DNA of 64,000 nucleotides from a virus (Duplodnaviria; Heunggongvirae; Uroviricota; Caudoviricetes): IMG/VR virus record IMGVR_UViG_2506381019_000003, positions 19,119 to 83,118 of that record; one strand, 5' to 3'. Shown piece by piece: positions 18,596 to 27,786 of this stretch (position 1 is its first letter; each line of letters starts with the position of its first letter). The notes under the pieces were generated by a model. It saw only the letters and a program-made list of their open reading frames with translations, ran no database searches and was not told where the DNA came from. The position numbers and the translations under genes were made by a program.

Positions 18596-19070
18596 CGGCC
18601 TTCAGCCCGTCCGCCAGGGCCTCCAGCATGCTGCGGCCGTCGGTGTCGCCCACCGCGGCGTCGAGCTTCTCGGCTTCCATCGCGGTCCGCATGTACGAGG
18701 CGATAGCCCCGGACAGGGCTTTCTCATCCGCGGCCGGCACCACAGGGTCACTGACGATGTAGGAGGCCTCGCCGGTGGTGATGCGATGCTGGTAGGTGTC
18801 GGCTTCGAGCCGGTCGAGTACCGCGCCGGCCCGGCGGAGCATGCGCCGGATCAGGTCGGCGCGCATCTCCCGGTTCGTCGCCGCCTTGACCGCGGTCGCT
18901 TCGGCTGGTGGCCCGTCGAACGCCAGGCCGAGACGCTTCGCATGCTCGGAGACCGTGGAGCGGGAGCGGCCCATCTGGCGGGCGATCGCACCGCAGGACA
19001 TGCCGGCGGTGTGGAGCTCGCGGAGCCGTTCGACGTCAGCGTCAGTGAAAGGGGTAGCGCGGGAAGCCAC
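18543..19070 (-). CDS. terS: Terminase small subunit with an N-terminal HTH.
   Basis: 'LRELHTAGMSCGAIARQMGRSRSTVSEHAKRLGL' is a sigma-70 region-4-like HTH. Overlaps the start of the large terminase gene. Confidence 0.6.
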   Translation of the reverse strand: MASRATPFTDADVERLRELHTAGMSCGAIARQMGRSRSTVSEHAKRLGLAFDGPPAEATAVKAATNREMRADLIRRMLRRAGAVLDRLEADTYQHRITTGEASYIVSDPVVPAADEKALSGAIASYMRTAMEAEKLDAAVGDTDGRSMLEALADGLKAVARAQNPVVGPDDEPDG

Positions 19071-19170
19071 AGGGCGGCTCCCTCACGCTCGTACGCGCAG
19101 GTCCCTACACCGGTGGGGTTCGGGTGGCCGCGCGTTTGGCGCTGTGCTGTCGGGCGGCTCCCAGCCGCGG

Positions 19171-19473
19171 CTAGTAGATCAGGTCAGGGTCGTACGCACC
19201 CCGAACTGCGGGGGCTTTCGGAAGGTCGCCAGTGAGGGTCATGCCTCGCTCGCGCAGCCAGAAGGCGACGGCGAGTTCATCGTCGAGGTTCAGTGGCCGA
19301 CGGACGTTCGGCGCGGTGATGACGACCTCGGTGCCAGCCGCAGCGGCTTCCGCGGCGATTAGGAGAACATCGGCGGGCCAGTCCAGCAGGCCGCCATCCC
19401 AGACCAGGGTTAGATCGGAGATGAGACCGTCGAGGGTGCCCTTTGCGGTCCACATGGTTACAGCGTAGCCCAC
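19171..19473 (-). CDS. Hypothetical protein, 100 aa.
   Basis: ORF in the operon upstream of terS. Confidence 0.35.
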   Translation of the reverse strand: MGYAVTMWTAKGTLDGLISDLTLVWDGGLLDWPADVLLIAAEAAAAGTEVVITAPNVRRPLNLDDELAVAFWLRERGMTLTGDLPKAPAVRGAYDPDLIY

Positions 19474-21272
19474 AGGCGGAGAATGAACACGGCCAGGTCC
19501 GGATCGTTTCGGATCACGGAATGGTCGGATTCGAATGACTCGCTACCCATGGACGCGACTTCCCAGTGGAGGGCGTCAGGTCCTTCGCTGTAGACCTTGC
19601 CCGTGTAGGGGTTGACGAACGAGTCCCTGCGGGTGATTTCATCGTTGCGGTATGCGGAGTCTGGGGCCGCATCGGCGAGACGCATTTTTTGCCCCGCAGG
19701 GCTCCAGGTCCTCTTGCCGTCGACCTCTTCGCTCGTGTTGCGATACGCATGGTAGGCCCACTGTGCGGCGGCGAGGCCAGGAACTCTCTCTTCCATCATG
19801 TGGGTGAGTTCGTGTGTGGCGATCCGGGTATCTCCGTCACGGACCACGATCCGGTTCCCCTTGCCGGAGTAGTAGGCCCGGCCGGTCACGGGTAGGTTGC
19901 GGCCGGCGAGTTCGTCGAAGGTGACGACATCGGCCTGGCGACCTCGGGCCCGGTCAACCCACTCGGCGGGGAAGTTCCGTAGCGCGGCGTCGACGGTTCT
20001 TTTGCCGGCCGGTGAGACGCTGTCCGCGTAGTCGAGGGCACCCCCGAACGGCCGGAGGCGGGAGAGGATATCCCGCTGCGCTTCCGGGCGCTGGGCCACC
20101 ATGCGGATGCGGATCCTCATGTAGTCGGTGTACGCCTTTGACGCGGCGGCTGCAGCCTGGTCGGCCTCCTCGAAGCCGTCAGGGTCGAGGTTGGCATCGA
20201 TGGCGTCACGACGTTCGAACGCAGCACGGCGGGCTGCGGTGAGGATGCGGAAGCCGTCGGGATCGTGGTCGGGGTCACCGACAAGTTCAGCCGTGCGGCG
20301 TTCGACCAAGTCCATGACTAGCTCGCCAGCGCGCCGGATGGCGTCGACCTTCGCCAGTGTGTCATCACCGGGAATCTGCTCGTCGTGGTCGGAGACGTCC
20401 GGGACCCGCCGAGTCGACATCAGCCGGATCGCTTCCTGATGCTCCGCCGCGTCCTTTCGAGCCTGCTCCATTGAGTTTCGTAGGCTCGCTAGGGCGTATT
20501 CGCGAGATGCCGGGCTTTCCCGCATGTCACGGATGCGAGAAAGGGCCTGGAACAGGTTTATGTATTCATCGCTGGAATCGTCACGCCGCGCAAGCTTGTT
20601 CCAATGGCCGCGTTCTATAAGGTCGATGACCTCTCGATGTTCGGCCATTTTTCGTTCCAGTTCGGCGTGGTCCCGTTCCAGGCGGATCCGGAAAACGTTG
20701 GGGCCGTCGATGAGCTCGTTCCGCCAGCCGATATCTGCCGGGTTTCCGATCTGCGCGCGGAGTTCCGCGATACGGCGCCGCGCGTCGTCGATGTTCAGCT
20801 TTGCGGGATTCGCGCCCGGTGACGGTCGGACGGTCGGGTCGCCGGGGCTGGCCCCGCTGTCGCCGCCGCGGACAATGTCGACGGGCTGGTCTGCCCGGCC
20901 GATCATGCGGACGCCGTTGCCGACGTGGACCCGGACCGTCCCCTTCGTGCTGCCCAGTTCGACTTTTTCCACCCGGTAGCCGGCGAGCACATCACCCTGG
21001 CGGATGTCGCCGGCGAAGACGGTGAGTTTCCGCCCGGACGGGGTTGCCACCTCGACGCCGCGGTTCTTGGTCTGCTTGCCGCGTTCGTCGTACCAGCGGA
21101 CCCGCGGGCCGCCGGACGGCTTCGGGGTGGGCTTCGCGCCGCCGTTCTTGTGCCGCCAGCAGCGGGACTGGCCGGGCTTGAGGTTGTTCTTACACCGGCC
21201 GCCGGTGGTGGTGGCCGCGCCGCACTTCTTACCGTCCGAGAGGCGGGTCAGGGCGGACGCGCGGGCGGCCAT
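19458..21272 (-). CDS. 604-aa protein. N-terminal zinc-ribbon 'RASALTRLSDGKKCG...RC.NN...RCWRH' is paralogous to the giant protein's N-terminus. Central coiled coil. C-terminal HExxH zincin-like domain ('IATHELTHMMEER').
   Basis: The motifs are read directly from the translation. Confidence 0.55.
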   Translation of the reverse strand: MAARASALTRLSDGKKCGAATTTGGRCKNNLKPGQSRCWRHKNGGAKPTPKPSGGPRVRWYDERGKQTKNRGVEVATPSGRKLTVFAGDIRQGDVLAGYRVEKVELGSTKGTVRVHVGNGVRMIGRADQPVDIVRGGDSGASPGDPTVRPSPGANPAKLNIDDARRRIAELRAQIGNPADIGWRNELIDGPNVFRIRLERDHAELERKMAEHREVIDLIERGHWNKLARRDDSSDEYINLFQALSRIRDMRESPASREYALASLRNSMEQARKDAAEHQEAIRLMSTRRVPDVSDHDEQIPGDDTLAKVDAIRRAGELVMDLVERRTAELVGDPDHDPDGFRILTAARRAAFERRDAIDANLDPDGFEEADQAAAAASKAYTDYMRIRIRMVAQRPEAQRDILSRLRPFGGALDYADSVSPAGKRTVDAALRNFPAEWVDRARGRQADVVTFDELAGRNLPVTGRAYYSGKGNRIVVRDGDTRIATHELTHMMEERVPGLAAAQWAYHAYRNTSEEVDGKRTWSPAGQKMRLADAAPDSAYRNDEITRRDSFVNPYTGKVYSEGPDALHWEVASMGSESFESDHSVIRNDPDLAVFILRLWATL

Positions 21273-21296
21273 CGGGCCTCCCCTGCGGGTCGAGTG

Positions 21297-21542
21297 TCAG
21301 GCGGCTTCGCGAGCCCAGTCGGCCCGTGGGATCCGCGCGGCGAGCGGTTGCAGGTCTTCCCAGCGCCACAGCAGCGGCCGGTGGCCGGTGGTGAGCTGGG
21401 CGGCGGGTTCGATCCCGCGCCGCCGGAGCAGCATGCGGGTGGCGGCGTGGTTGCGCTGCGGGTTGTGGCCGAGCCAGTGGCAGATCTCTGCGAGCACAAG
21501 AAAGCCCGGTGGTCGCATCGGACCTCCGGGCTTGAAAGACAC
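21297..21542 (-). CDS. Small HTH DNA-binding protein (AlpA/Xis-like).
   Basis: 'LVLAEICHWLGHNPQRNHAATRMLLRRRGIEP'. Confidence 0.45.
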   Translation of the reverse strand: MSFKPGGPMRPPGFLVLAEICHWLGHNPQRNHAATRMLLRRRGIEPAAQLTTGHRPLLWRWEDLQPLAARIPRADWAREAA

Positions 21543-21716
21543 CTGTGGCAGGTGTCTTCACCTTACACAACGCTCCGGGAGGGCGGCAAGCGAGGCCTTC
21601 CAGCACCTGCCCGAAGATGGTCAACGGACAGCCAATTCACCTGCCCTTGCGGGGCGCACACCTGTTCGATCCCTACCCTCGGGTCTTTCAAGGACCACGC
21701 GACGGGGGGCTGCCAC

Positions 21717-22094
21717 ATGGCGGGGCGCGTACACACCGGATGCAACAACTGCAAGCGGTGCACGAACAGCGGGGCCGCCGAGTTCGGCCGCCGGCAAGGC
21801 AAGCTCGTGGCCAACCTCATGACGGTTGGTGGCGTCGCGGCGGTCCAAGCGTTCACCCCGAACTGCACCGCCTGCGGGCACAAGCTGTCCCTCCACGACC
21901 GGGGAGGCGTGCCCCAGGGCAACTCATACGCCGCCCCGGTCGCCGTTCAAGCCCCTGCCCCATATCAGTCAGCACCACCCCCGCCCCCTCCGTCGAACGT
22001 GCCGGCCGGCTGGTACCGCGACCCGAACGGCCAGCCCTGTAGCCGCTGGTGGGACGGCCACCACTGGACTGAGCACACCGCGCCGCTCAGCTGA
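21717..22094 (+). CDS. C4 zinc-ribbon plus DUF2510-domain protein, 125 aa, on the opposite strand to its neighbours.
   Basis: 'CNNCKRC...CTACGH' followed by 'AGWYRDPNGQPCSRWWDGHHWT', which is a DUF2510 signature. ATG start with a G-rich ribosome-binding site. Confidence 0.5.
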   Translation: MAGRVHTGCNNCKRCTNSGAAEFGRRQGKLVANLMTVGGVAAVQAFTPNCTACGHKLSLHDRGGVPQGNSYAAPVAVQAPAPYQSAPPPPPPSNVPAGWYRDPNGQPCSRWWDGHHWTEHTAPLS

Positions 22095-22103
22095 CAGGCG
22101 CGG

Positions 22104-22877
22104 TCACAGGGCCCACCCGAGGATGCGCGCGGCTATCGCCCTGCAGTCAGCGCCGCCGGTCAGGTTCCGTGCGACGTGCACCCGCCTGCGCTCCGTCGTC
22201 GTCTCCACGTTCCGGACCGGATCCCAGCCAGTTTTCGTGTACAGGTCCCACCAGAGAGCGATGCCGTGCCGCTCCCACGCTGGCCGGGCGTCGAAGTTGA
22301 TGCCGTGCTCGGCGAGCAGGGCCCGCTTCGCGTCCGCGTTCAGGCCGCGGAGCGTGCTCGTGGCCGCGCGGGCACTCTGCCCGGCGCGGCGCAGCAGGGA
22401 CCGGTTCAGCTGTCCGGCGAGGTTGTCGGCGAGCTCGTCTGCGTCGGCGCGGCGGCACAGTTCGTCGACCATCTCCGCGAGGGTCATCGGTGCCGGCTTG
22501 GACGTCAGGGTGGTGACGTTGTCGGACATGGTGGGGCCTTCCCATTCGGTGGCCGTGGTCTCCCAGCGGCCGGCGAGGTACGCGCGGTCAAGGCGGACGA
22601 CTCCGCGCTTGAGCGAGACGAGCTGGGTGAACGCCTGCCAGCCGGCGAGAGAGGTGTCGTTCGGCCCCCACCCGGTCGCGGAGACTGTGACCTCACCCCA
22701 CGGCTTGCGCGCGGTGAGCGTCACGGTCACCGGGTGGCCCTGGAGCCGGATTGACTCCGTGGGGCCGACTCGGACCCAGTCCGGCGGTTCGCGGTAGACG
22801 TCGAACTCCAGGAGCGCGAAGTCGGCGCGGACGGGTGATGCGCTCACTGGCAGCTCCGGGGGTGGGGGTGGAACCAC
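22104..22877 (-). CDS. Hypothetical protein, 257 aa.
   Basis: Protein-like composition throughout the ORF. Confidence 0.4.
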   Translation of the reverse strand: MVPPPPPELPVSASPVRADFALLEFDVYREPPDWVRVGPTESIRLQGHPVTVTLTARKPWGEVTVSATGWGPNDTSLAGWQAFTQLVSLKRGVVRLDRAYLAGRWETTATEWEGPTMSDNVTTLTSKPAPMTLAEMVDELCRRADADELADNLAGQLNRSLLRRAGQSARAATSTLRGLNADAKRALLAEHGINFDARPAWERHGIALWWDLYTKTGWDPVRNVETTTERRRVHVARNLTGGADCRAIAARILGWAL

Positions 22878-24073
22878 ATCAGGTGGCGGTCACCGATCTG
22901 CTGCACGCGGACGGTCGCGGTGCGATGCCCGCACGGGAACACCCGGGTGGTGTCGGGTTCGACCGGCCCGTCCATCTCGATTCGTCCGGCGCGCCGCTTG
23001 AGCTCGGAGACCCGGCTGCCGCACCAGCAGTGACCGGCGATCGTGACCAACCGGCCAGGTGGGGTCGCGTTCGGGTAGGTGACGGTGCCGTCCCGGCCCA
23101 CCCAGGCGTGAGGGACACCGCGGACGGCGTCGCGGAGAGCCGTGGTTCGGCCGGCGGCGCGGCCACCCGCGCGGAACGTGACCGCCTCGTCCATGACGGC
23201 CGGGCCCGCGCTCATGCCGCGAACCCTGGGCGTCGGCCTGTCCCGGGCAATCGGGCGCATCCGGGCCATCACCGCCGCGGAGAGATCCCGGTTCCGGGGG
23301 TGCACCTCGAAGCCGTTGAGTACAACCGTGGCGAGGACCTCCACCCCGCGGAGCCGCTGCGGTCCGCACTGGGTGTCCGAGACGTAGAAGACCTCCCGGT
23401 AGTGGTCGGGGAGGTTCCATTCCTGGCGCCACCGGTCGAAGTCCCATTCGCTGCAGGCGAGGACGGCGATCAGGCCGTGGCCGTGGCGTGCTGCGGTCAG
23501 GTACTCCAGCGCGGCGGCGGTGTCGGCTTCGGCGAACACGCGCTCACGGGGCATGATCATCCGGCTGTAGCGGTTGTTCGCGGCGATACGGTCCATGCCC
23601 GCGCGCAGAGTGCCGGCGGTGAACTGGATCCGGTCGGGTGGCCGGGGCCTGTCGGGCAGCGAAGCCCACATGCGCCGGACGTCCTCCCACGTCAGCGGGC
23701 CGGACGGTGTGGTGGAGACGGGCGACGGGCCGCCGGAGTACAGGTCCCTGACGTAGTCGTCGACAAGGCGGCGGGTTGCGGTCTCGGTGCCGTCCGATCG
23801 GTGCGGCTCCTGCCAGCGGTTGGCGACACCGTCCTGCCAAGCGGCGATGATGCGCTGGTACTGCTCCTCGCGACGCTGGCGGGCTGTCTCCTCGGCGGTG
23901 GCAAGCTGAACTTGCCGCTCCTCGGGCATCCACCGCATCGCGTTCAGTTCCCAGAAGTCGGCTGAGGGGTCAGGGAGCGGTCCGGGTGGTTCGGGTGGAC
24001 CGGGGGTGTGCTCGTCGAGGACGGCTTCGATCGCGGCGAGGACCTCGTCCGAGGGCCGTTCCGGGCGGATCAC
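22844..24073 (-). CDS. Hypothetical protein, about 409 aa, with a C-terminal Cys/His cluster ('GHCWCGS...FPCGHR').
   Basis: GTG start in a GTGA overlap with the upstream stop codon. The 5' part of the ORF-track ORF reads as Arg/Pro junk. Confidence 0.45.
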   Translation of the reverse strand: MIRPERPSDEVLAAIEAVLDEHTPGPPEPPGPLPDPSADFWELNAMRWMPEERQVQLATAEETARQRREEQYQRIIAAWQDGVANRWQEPHRSDGTETATRRLVDDYVRDLYSGGPSPVSTTPSGPLTWEDVRRMWASLPDRPRPPDRIQFTAGTLRAGMDRIAANNRYSRMIMPRERVFAEADTAAALEYLTAARHGHGLIAVLACSEWDFDRWRQEWNLPDHYREVFYVSDTQCGPQRLRGVEVLATVVLNGFEVHPRNRDLSAAVMARMRPIARDRPTPRVRGMSAGPAVMDEAVTFRAGGRAAGRTTALRDAVRGVPHAWVGRDGTVTYPNATPPGRLVTIAGHCWCGSRVSELKRRAGRIEMDGPVEPDTTRVFPCGHRTATVRVQQIGDRHLMWFHPHPRSCQ

Positions 24074-24576
24074 GTGTCCATCCCGGGCATGACCGTGGGT
24101 GGGGTGACCCACCGTTCGGGGGCGTCGTCTCGGTCGGCTTCGACCAGAGCGACGGCGTGGCAAACCAGGGTGTTCAGGTACGGGTCGCGGTACCACCAGA
24201 TCCGTGGGCCGACACGGACGATGAGCCGCTCGTCCGCGGCGTACCGGCCGAGCCGGCTGGTGACGTGGCTGGCGAGGTGGTCCGCGAATCCGTCGGCGAG
24301 CTGCTCGCCGGCGAGGGTGAATGTGGTCTCGCGGGCCTCCGCGCGGGTGAGGGGCCAAGCCCACCCGGTGGCGAAGCGCCGGCCGGTCTCGACGTAGTCC
24401 CAGATGTTCGGCGGGCCGAGCGGGGGCACGGTGTCGTCGAGCGCCCACGCTGGTGTGAGGTAGCCGGGATGGGACCAGTCGAGACGACGATCCATGCCGT
24501 ACAGGCCGACCCACTGGTTGTACCTGGCGACCAGGCCGCCGTTGCCGTCGGAGGCGGGCAGGACGTCAGCGGGCAT
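24070..24576 (-). CDS. Hypothetical protein, 168 aa.
   Basis: ORF with Trp/Tyr-rich, globular-looking composition. Confidence 0.4.
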   Translation of the reverse strand: MPADVLPASDGNGGLVARYNQWVGLYGMDRRLDWSHPGYLTPAWALDDTVPPLGPPNIWDYVETGRRFATGWAWPLTRAEARETTFTLAGEQLADGFADHLASHVTSRLGRYAADERLIVRVGPRIWWYRDPYLNTLVCHAVALVEADRDDAPERWVTPPTVMPGMDT

Positions 24577-24754
24577 CAGCAGGTGCTCCTGGGCGGTCCG
24601 TAGGGGGTCATCCAGCGGGGACGGCCGTCCTGGTAGGGGTCTGGCCGGCGCGCGGTCGCGGCGAGCTGGCGTGCCTGCAGCGCCGCGCGCTGGACAGCGT
24701 CACCGAGCACACGGAACGCGGCAGTGGCAAGGGCAAGATCCGAGAAGCGGGTGG

Positions 24755-25120
24755 TCACGCGGCGCGCTCCTGTGTCTCGGCGGCCATCTGCGCGGCCACC
24801 TGGCGGGACAGCTCGGCCATCCGCCTGGGGTTCTCCTGTGCGAGCAGCTGCATGGCGCGCTGGCGGATGGCACGCTCGAGTCTTCGGCGGATCTTCAGAC
24901 AGTCGCGTCGGCCGCACAGTCCGGAGACCAGTGGATCCGCCTTTCGGGGCCAGTACTCCCCGGCACAGTTGGTGCAAGCGCTGACCAGTGGCAGGTCCGG
25001 TTGGCGTCGAGCCCTCTGGCATGCAGGCTTGTTGTGCCACCAGGTTTGTCCGGGGATCCGTCCGCTGCCGGGCTCGACAAGACCGTCGCCCGCACCGCAC
25101 ATCTGCGCCTCTGCGGTCAT
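24755..25120 (-). CDS. Cys-containing hypothetical protein, 121 aa.
   Basis: ORF present in the ORF track. Confidence 0.35.
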   Translation of the reverse strand: MTAEAQMCGAGDGLVEPGSGRIPGQTWWHNKPACQRARRQPDLPLVSACTNCAGEYWPRKADPLVSGLCGRRDCLKIRRRLERAIRQRAMQLLAQENPRRMAELSRQVAAQMAAETQERAA

Positions 25121-25827
25121 AGGGACCGCCGGGACGCGGGTGGAGTGCGGAGCCGGTCGAGGTCGGCGTGGTCGTAGAAGTGGCAGTGCCTGCGAGAGCG
25201 TGGGCTGCGGCGGCAGGCGAGAATGCCGGTGTCAGGGTCGCGGCAGTCAGGCCAGCGGGCGTCGTCGTGGCAGGCGCCGGGCGCGAATCCGCCGTTGCCG
25301 CACCAGTACTTGCCTTCGGTGGCGCTCAGATCGGTTGAGATCGACTGCCGTTCGCAGGCCGGGCACCAGGCGCCGCGGATGACAACGGGCGGGGCGACGA
25401 TCCCGAGGACGAGCAGCGCGACGCGGTGCGCTGAACGGATGTCGTGGACGACCTCATCGGCGAGCTCGCCCGCGCGCTGCTGCACCGCCAGGGTGGGCAG
25501 CAGATCCGCGGCCTGCATGCGCGTGAGAGTGGGTTCGCCGGGGTGGAGGTAGTAGGCCCACCAGTCGACGATCTGCTCGATTTCATCGCGGGCGAGCATC
25601 GCGCCGTCCGCTCCGGGCGGTCGGGGGCCGGGTGGCCGATGCCCTCGTTCGCCGCGGGTGCGGGGGCCGAGGCGATGCCGGTAGGCGATGGTGAGGCGGT
25701 TGAGCAGGCTTGCGGTGCCGGGGGCGTCCGGGTCGGTGTACGAGACGTACAGGTCACCCAACAGGGTTTTGAGCTCGAGCTCAGGGTCGGGCGCCAGGGT
25801 CTGCACCCCATAAACGGTACATTCCAC
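25117..25827 (-). CDS. Hypothetical protein, 236 aa, with a Cys-rich C-terminus.
   Basis: ORF directly downstream of the Rsr terminator. Confidence 0.4.
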   Translation of the reverse strand: MECTVYGVQTLAPDPELELKTLLGDLYVSYTDPDAPGTASLLNRLTIAYRHRLGPRTRGERGHRPPGPRPPGADGAMLARDEIEQIVDWWAYYLHPGEPTLTRMQAADLLPTLAVQQRAGELADEVVHDIRSAHRVALLVLGIVAPPVVIRGAWCPACERQSISTDLSATEGKYWCGNGGFAPGACHDDARWPDCRDPDTGILACRRSPRSRRHCHFYDHADLDRLRTPPASRRSL

Positions 25828-25844
25828 GATTCGTGTTTTGTACT

Positions 25845-25890
25845 GCGAAGCCCCTGTACGGCGCCCAGGAGGGCCGTACAGGGGCTTCGC
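25845..25890 (-). terminator. Strong hairpin with an 18-bp perfect stem (GCGAAGCCCCTGTACGGC / GCCGTACAGGGGCTTCGC), 12 nt after the rsr stop codon.
   Basis: The inverted repeat is visible in the sequence. An A/U-containing tract follows on the minus strand. Confidence 0.65.
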
Positions 25891-25902
25891 TGTCTGCTCC
25901 GG

Positions 25903-27495
25903 TCAGAACGGCCAGCCGCCACCCGCGCGGGCGTCGACCGCGGCGAGCATCTGGAACCCGGCGTCGGTCAGCCCGCCGACGGTGACCCGGTTCCGGCCCG
26001 CTTCGACGTGCGCGGCCCGGTAGCCGCCGACGTTGAACGTGACGAGCGGGACGTCGGGGAGCTTGCCCGGGGAGTCCTGCGCCTGCTCGTCCGTCACGAT
26101 CACGATCCGGCTGTGGCCGGAGTACGTCTGCGCGAGCGTCGTCCAGGTGAGCGTGCCGCCCATGTGCGCGCGGCCGTGCGCCTTCACGAGGGGCAGCAGC
26201 GACGCGCCCGCGGGCAGGTCAATCCGCTCATGGCGCGCGCGCTGCGAACCCCAGGCACCCGTCGAGCCGTACATGTACACGTCGGCGTGCTCGGCGCGGA
26301 GGCCGATGGCGAGGCCGAAGAGGGCGGCAGCTTCGGCGCGACTCAGCGTCGACTTGTCCGACAGCCGGCCGCTCATCGACTGCGACTGGTCGATGAGCAC
26401 CAGCGTGCTACCCGGCAACTTGGGGATGTTGGACAGGCTGTGCCCGATGGCCTGCTCCAGCGGGTACGCCCAGCGCAGCGAGGACACCTCCCGATAGGCG
26501 GTGTAGAAGCGCAGCGGGAACATCCGCGACTTCCTCACCTGCTCGGCGTCCCGCAGGCGCGCGGCGACCAGCTCCGCGACGTCGTCGGGCACGCCGGCCT
26601 GGTCGAAGTTCCGCAGGTTCCTCACCTTGGCGAACAGGCCCATCGACGGGATGACCGCGGACCAGGCCGCGGCATCGAGCGGGCCCCCGAGCCAGCTGGC
26701 GAGTGCCTCCCATGTCATCCCCGCGGCCTTGAGCGTCCCCGCCGCGTCCGGGCCCCACGAGGCGAGCGTGGCGGCACGGTCGGCCGGGGGGATCGCGTCG
26801 AGGTCCTCGCGGGCGGCGAGCATCGGCAGGTTGCCGGTCGCCTTGCCGTCCTTGTGATGCCGGCGGTCGAGGACGTAGCCGTACAGGTCGGCCTGCCAGC
26901 TGGCGGACGGCTTCGGGTGGACGAGGTTCAGCACGTCCCCGAGCCTCCACGGCTGTGCCAGGCCGTCGTACTTCAGCGCGGCGCGCTCGGTGTACAGGCG
27001 GGTGACGGCGTCAGCGAGGCCGCGCTGGACACCGCCGGGCAGGGTCGCACCAGGCCGGCCGGAGAGCCAGTAGGCGATGAACTCGCCGGGCTCGTCTGCG
27101 CGCTGCAGCGTGGAGGCGATGACGGAGCGGACCGTCGGGGCCGCCGCGCGGGCGTCCGGGTCGAGCTCGCGGACGGCGCGGGCGTACTCGGCTGCGGCCA
27201 CGATGCTCGCGGTGCGCATGTTCGCGGTGGTGCGGAGCCAGGGGATCAGCCGCGCGACCCAGCTGGCATCCTCGGCGACGGCCTGGTGGATGAGCTGCAC
27301 GAACCGGTTGTCGCGGTCGGACGCGGCCTCGTGGTGGGTGGCCTCCCCGACCATGTTGGTGATCGCGAGGGTGAAGAGCTCACCCTTCACATCCCGGGAC
27401 CAGCCAGCGCCGCCCATCGCGGTGTGGGTCGGGCTGGTGGTCTGTACGGGGCCGTGTTGGCCGCCGCGGGGGTGCGCCTGCGCGAGCTTGCCCAT
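25903..27495 (-). CDS. rsr: Ro60-related TROVE-domain protein with a C-terminal vWA domain (Rsr orthologue).
   Basis: 530 aa. vWA MIDAS motif 'LVLIDQSQSMSG'. TROVE-like N-terminal region ('AIPPADRAATLASWGPDAA ... RMFPLRFYTAYREV'). Confidence 0.7.
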   Translation of the reverse strand: MGKLAQAHPRGGQHGPVQTTSPTHTAMGGAGWSRDVKGELFTLAITNMVGEATHHEAASDRDNRFVQLIHQAVAEDASWVARLIPWLRTTANMRTASIVAAAEYARAVRELDPDARAAAPTVRSVIASTLQRADEPGEFIAYWLSGRPGATLPGGVQRGLADAVTRLYTERAALKYDGLAQPWRLGDVLNLVHPKPSASWQADLYGYVLDRRHHKDGKATGNLPMLAAREDLDAIPPADRAATLASWGPDAAGTLKAAGMTWEALASWLGGPLDAAAWSAVIPSMGLFAKVRNLRNFDQAGVPDDVAELVAARLRDAEQVRKSRMFPLRFYTAYREVSSLRWAYPLEQAIGHSLSNIPKLPGSTLVLIDQSQSMSGRLSDKSTLSRAEAAALFGLAIGLRAEHADVYMYGSTGAWGSQRARHERIDLPAGASLLPLVKAHGRAHMGGTLTWTTLAQTYSGHSRIVIVTDEQAQDSPGKLPDVPLVTFNVGGYRAAHVEAGRNRVTVGGLTDAGFQMLAAVDARAGGGWPF

Positions 27496-27499
27496 CCGT

Positions 27500-27757
27500 T
27501 CCTCCCAAGTCAGGGGGTACGGACGCGAACGACCCCCGTGCGGGAGACCGAGTACCAGGTGGGCGAGGAGACAAGATCCGACGCGAGCCGGATCCCATTT
27601 GCAGTGGGAAGTATCCCCACCCTTCGCTTCGGTACCCCGCAGGGGGGTCGTAGGCGTCCGAGTACCAGGCGGTCGAAGGCGTCACATCACCAGAAGAAGT
27701 AGCCCTCAACCATTCGCTTCGGACGGCGCTCACGCTACCACAAGACTCGCGAAGCCT
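27500..27757. ncRNA. Candidate Y-RNA-like structured non-coding RNA locus upstream of rsr.
   Basis: About 290 bp of non-coding DNA, unusually long for this genome. Two 20-nt direct repeats (CCGAGTACCAGGYGGKCGAR, near 27549 and 27659) and several short GC hairpins. Rsr genes are commonly adjacent to Y RNA genes. Confidence 0.25.
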
Positions 27758-27786
27758 GCGATTCGTGTTCAGTACTTTCTCGCGGG

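Noticed and set aside
16751-18706. 651-aa plus-strand ORF across the terminase region.
   Set aside because: It is antisense to the large terminase gene (Walker A present on the minus strand) and contains the tandem-repeat translation in the wrong frame.
25444-27702. 752-aa plus-strand ORF.
   Set aside because: It is antisense to the clearly recognisable Ro60/vWA gene and has Arg/Gly/Ala-rich junk composition.
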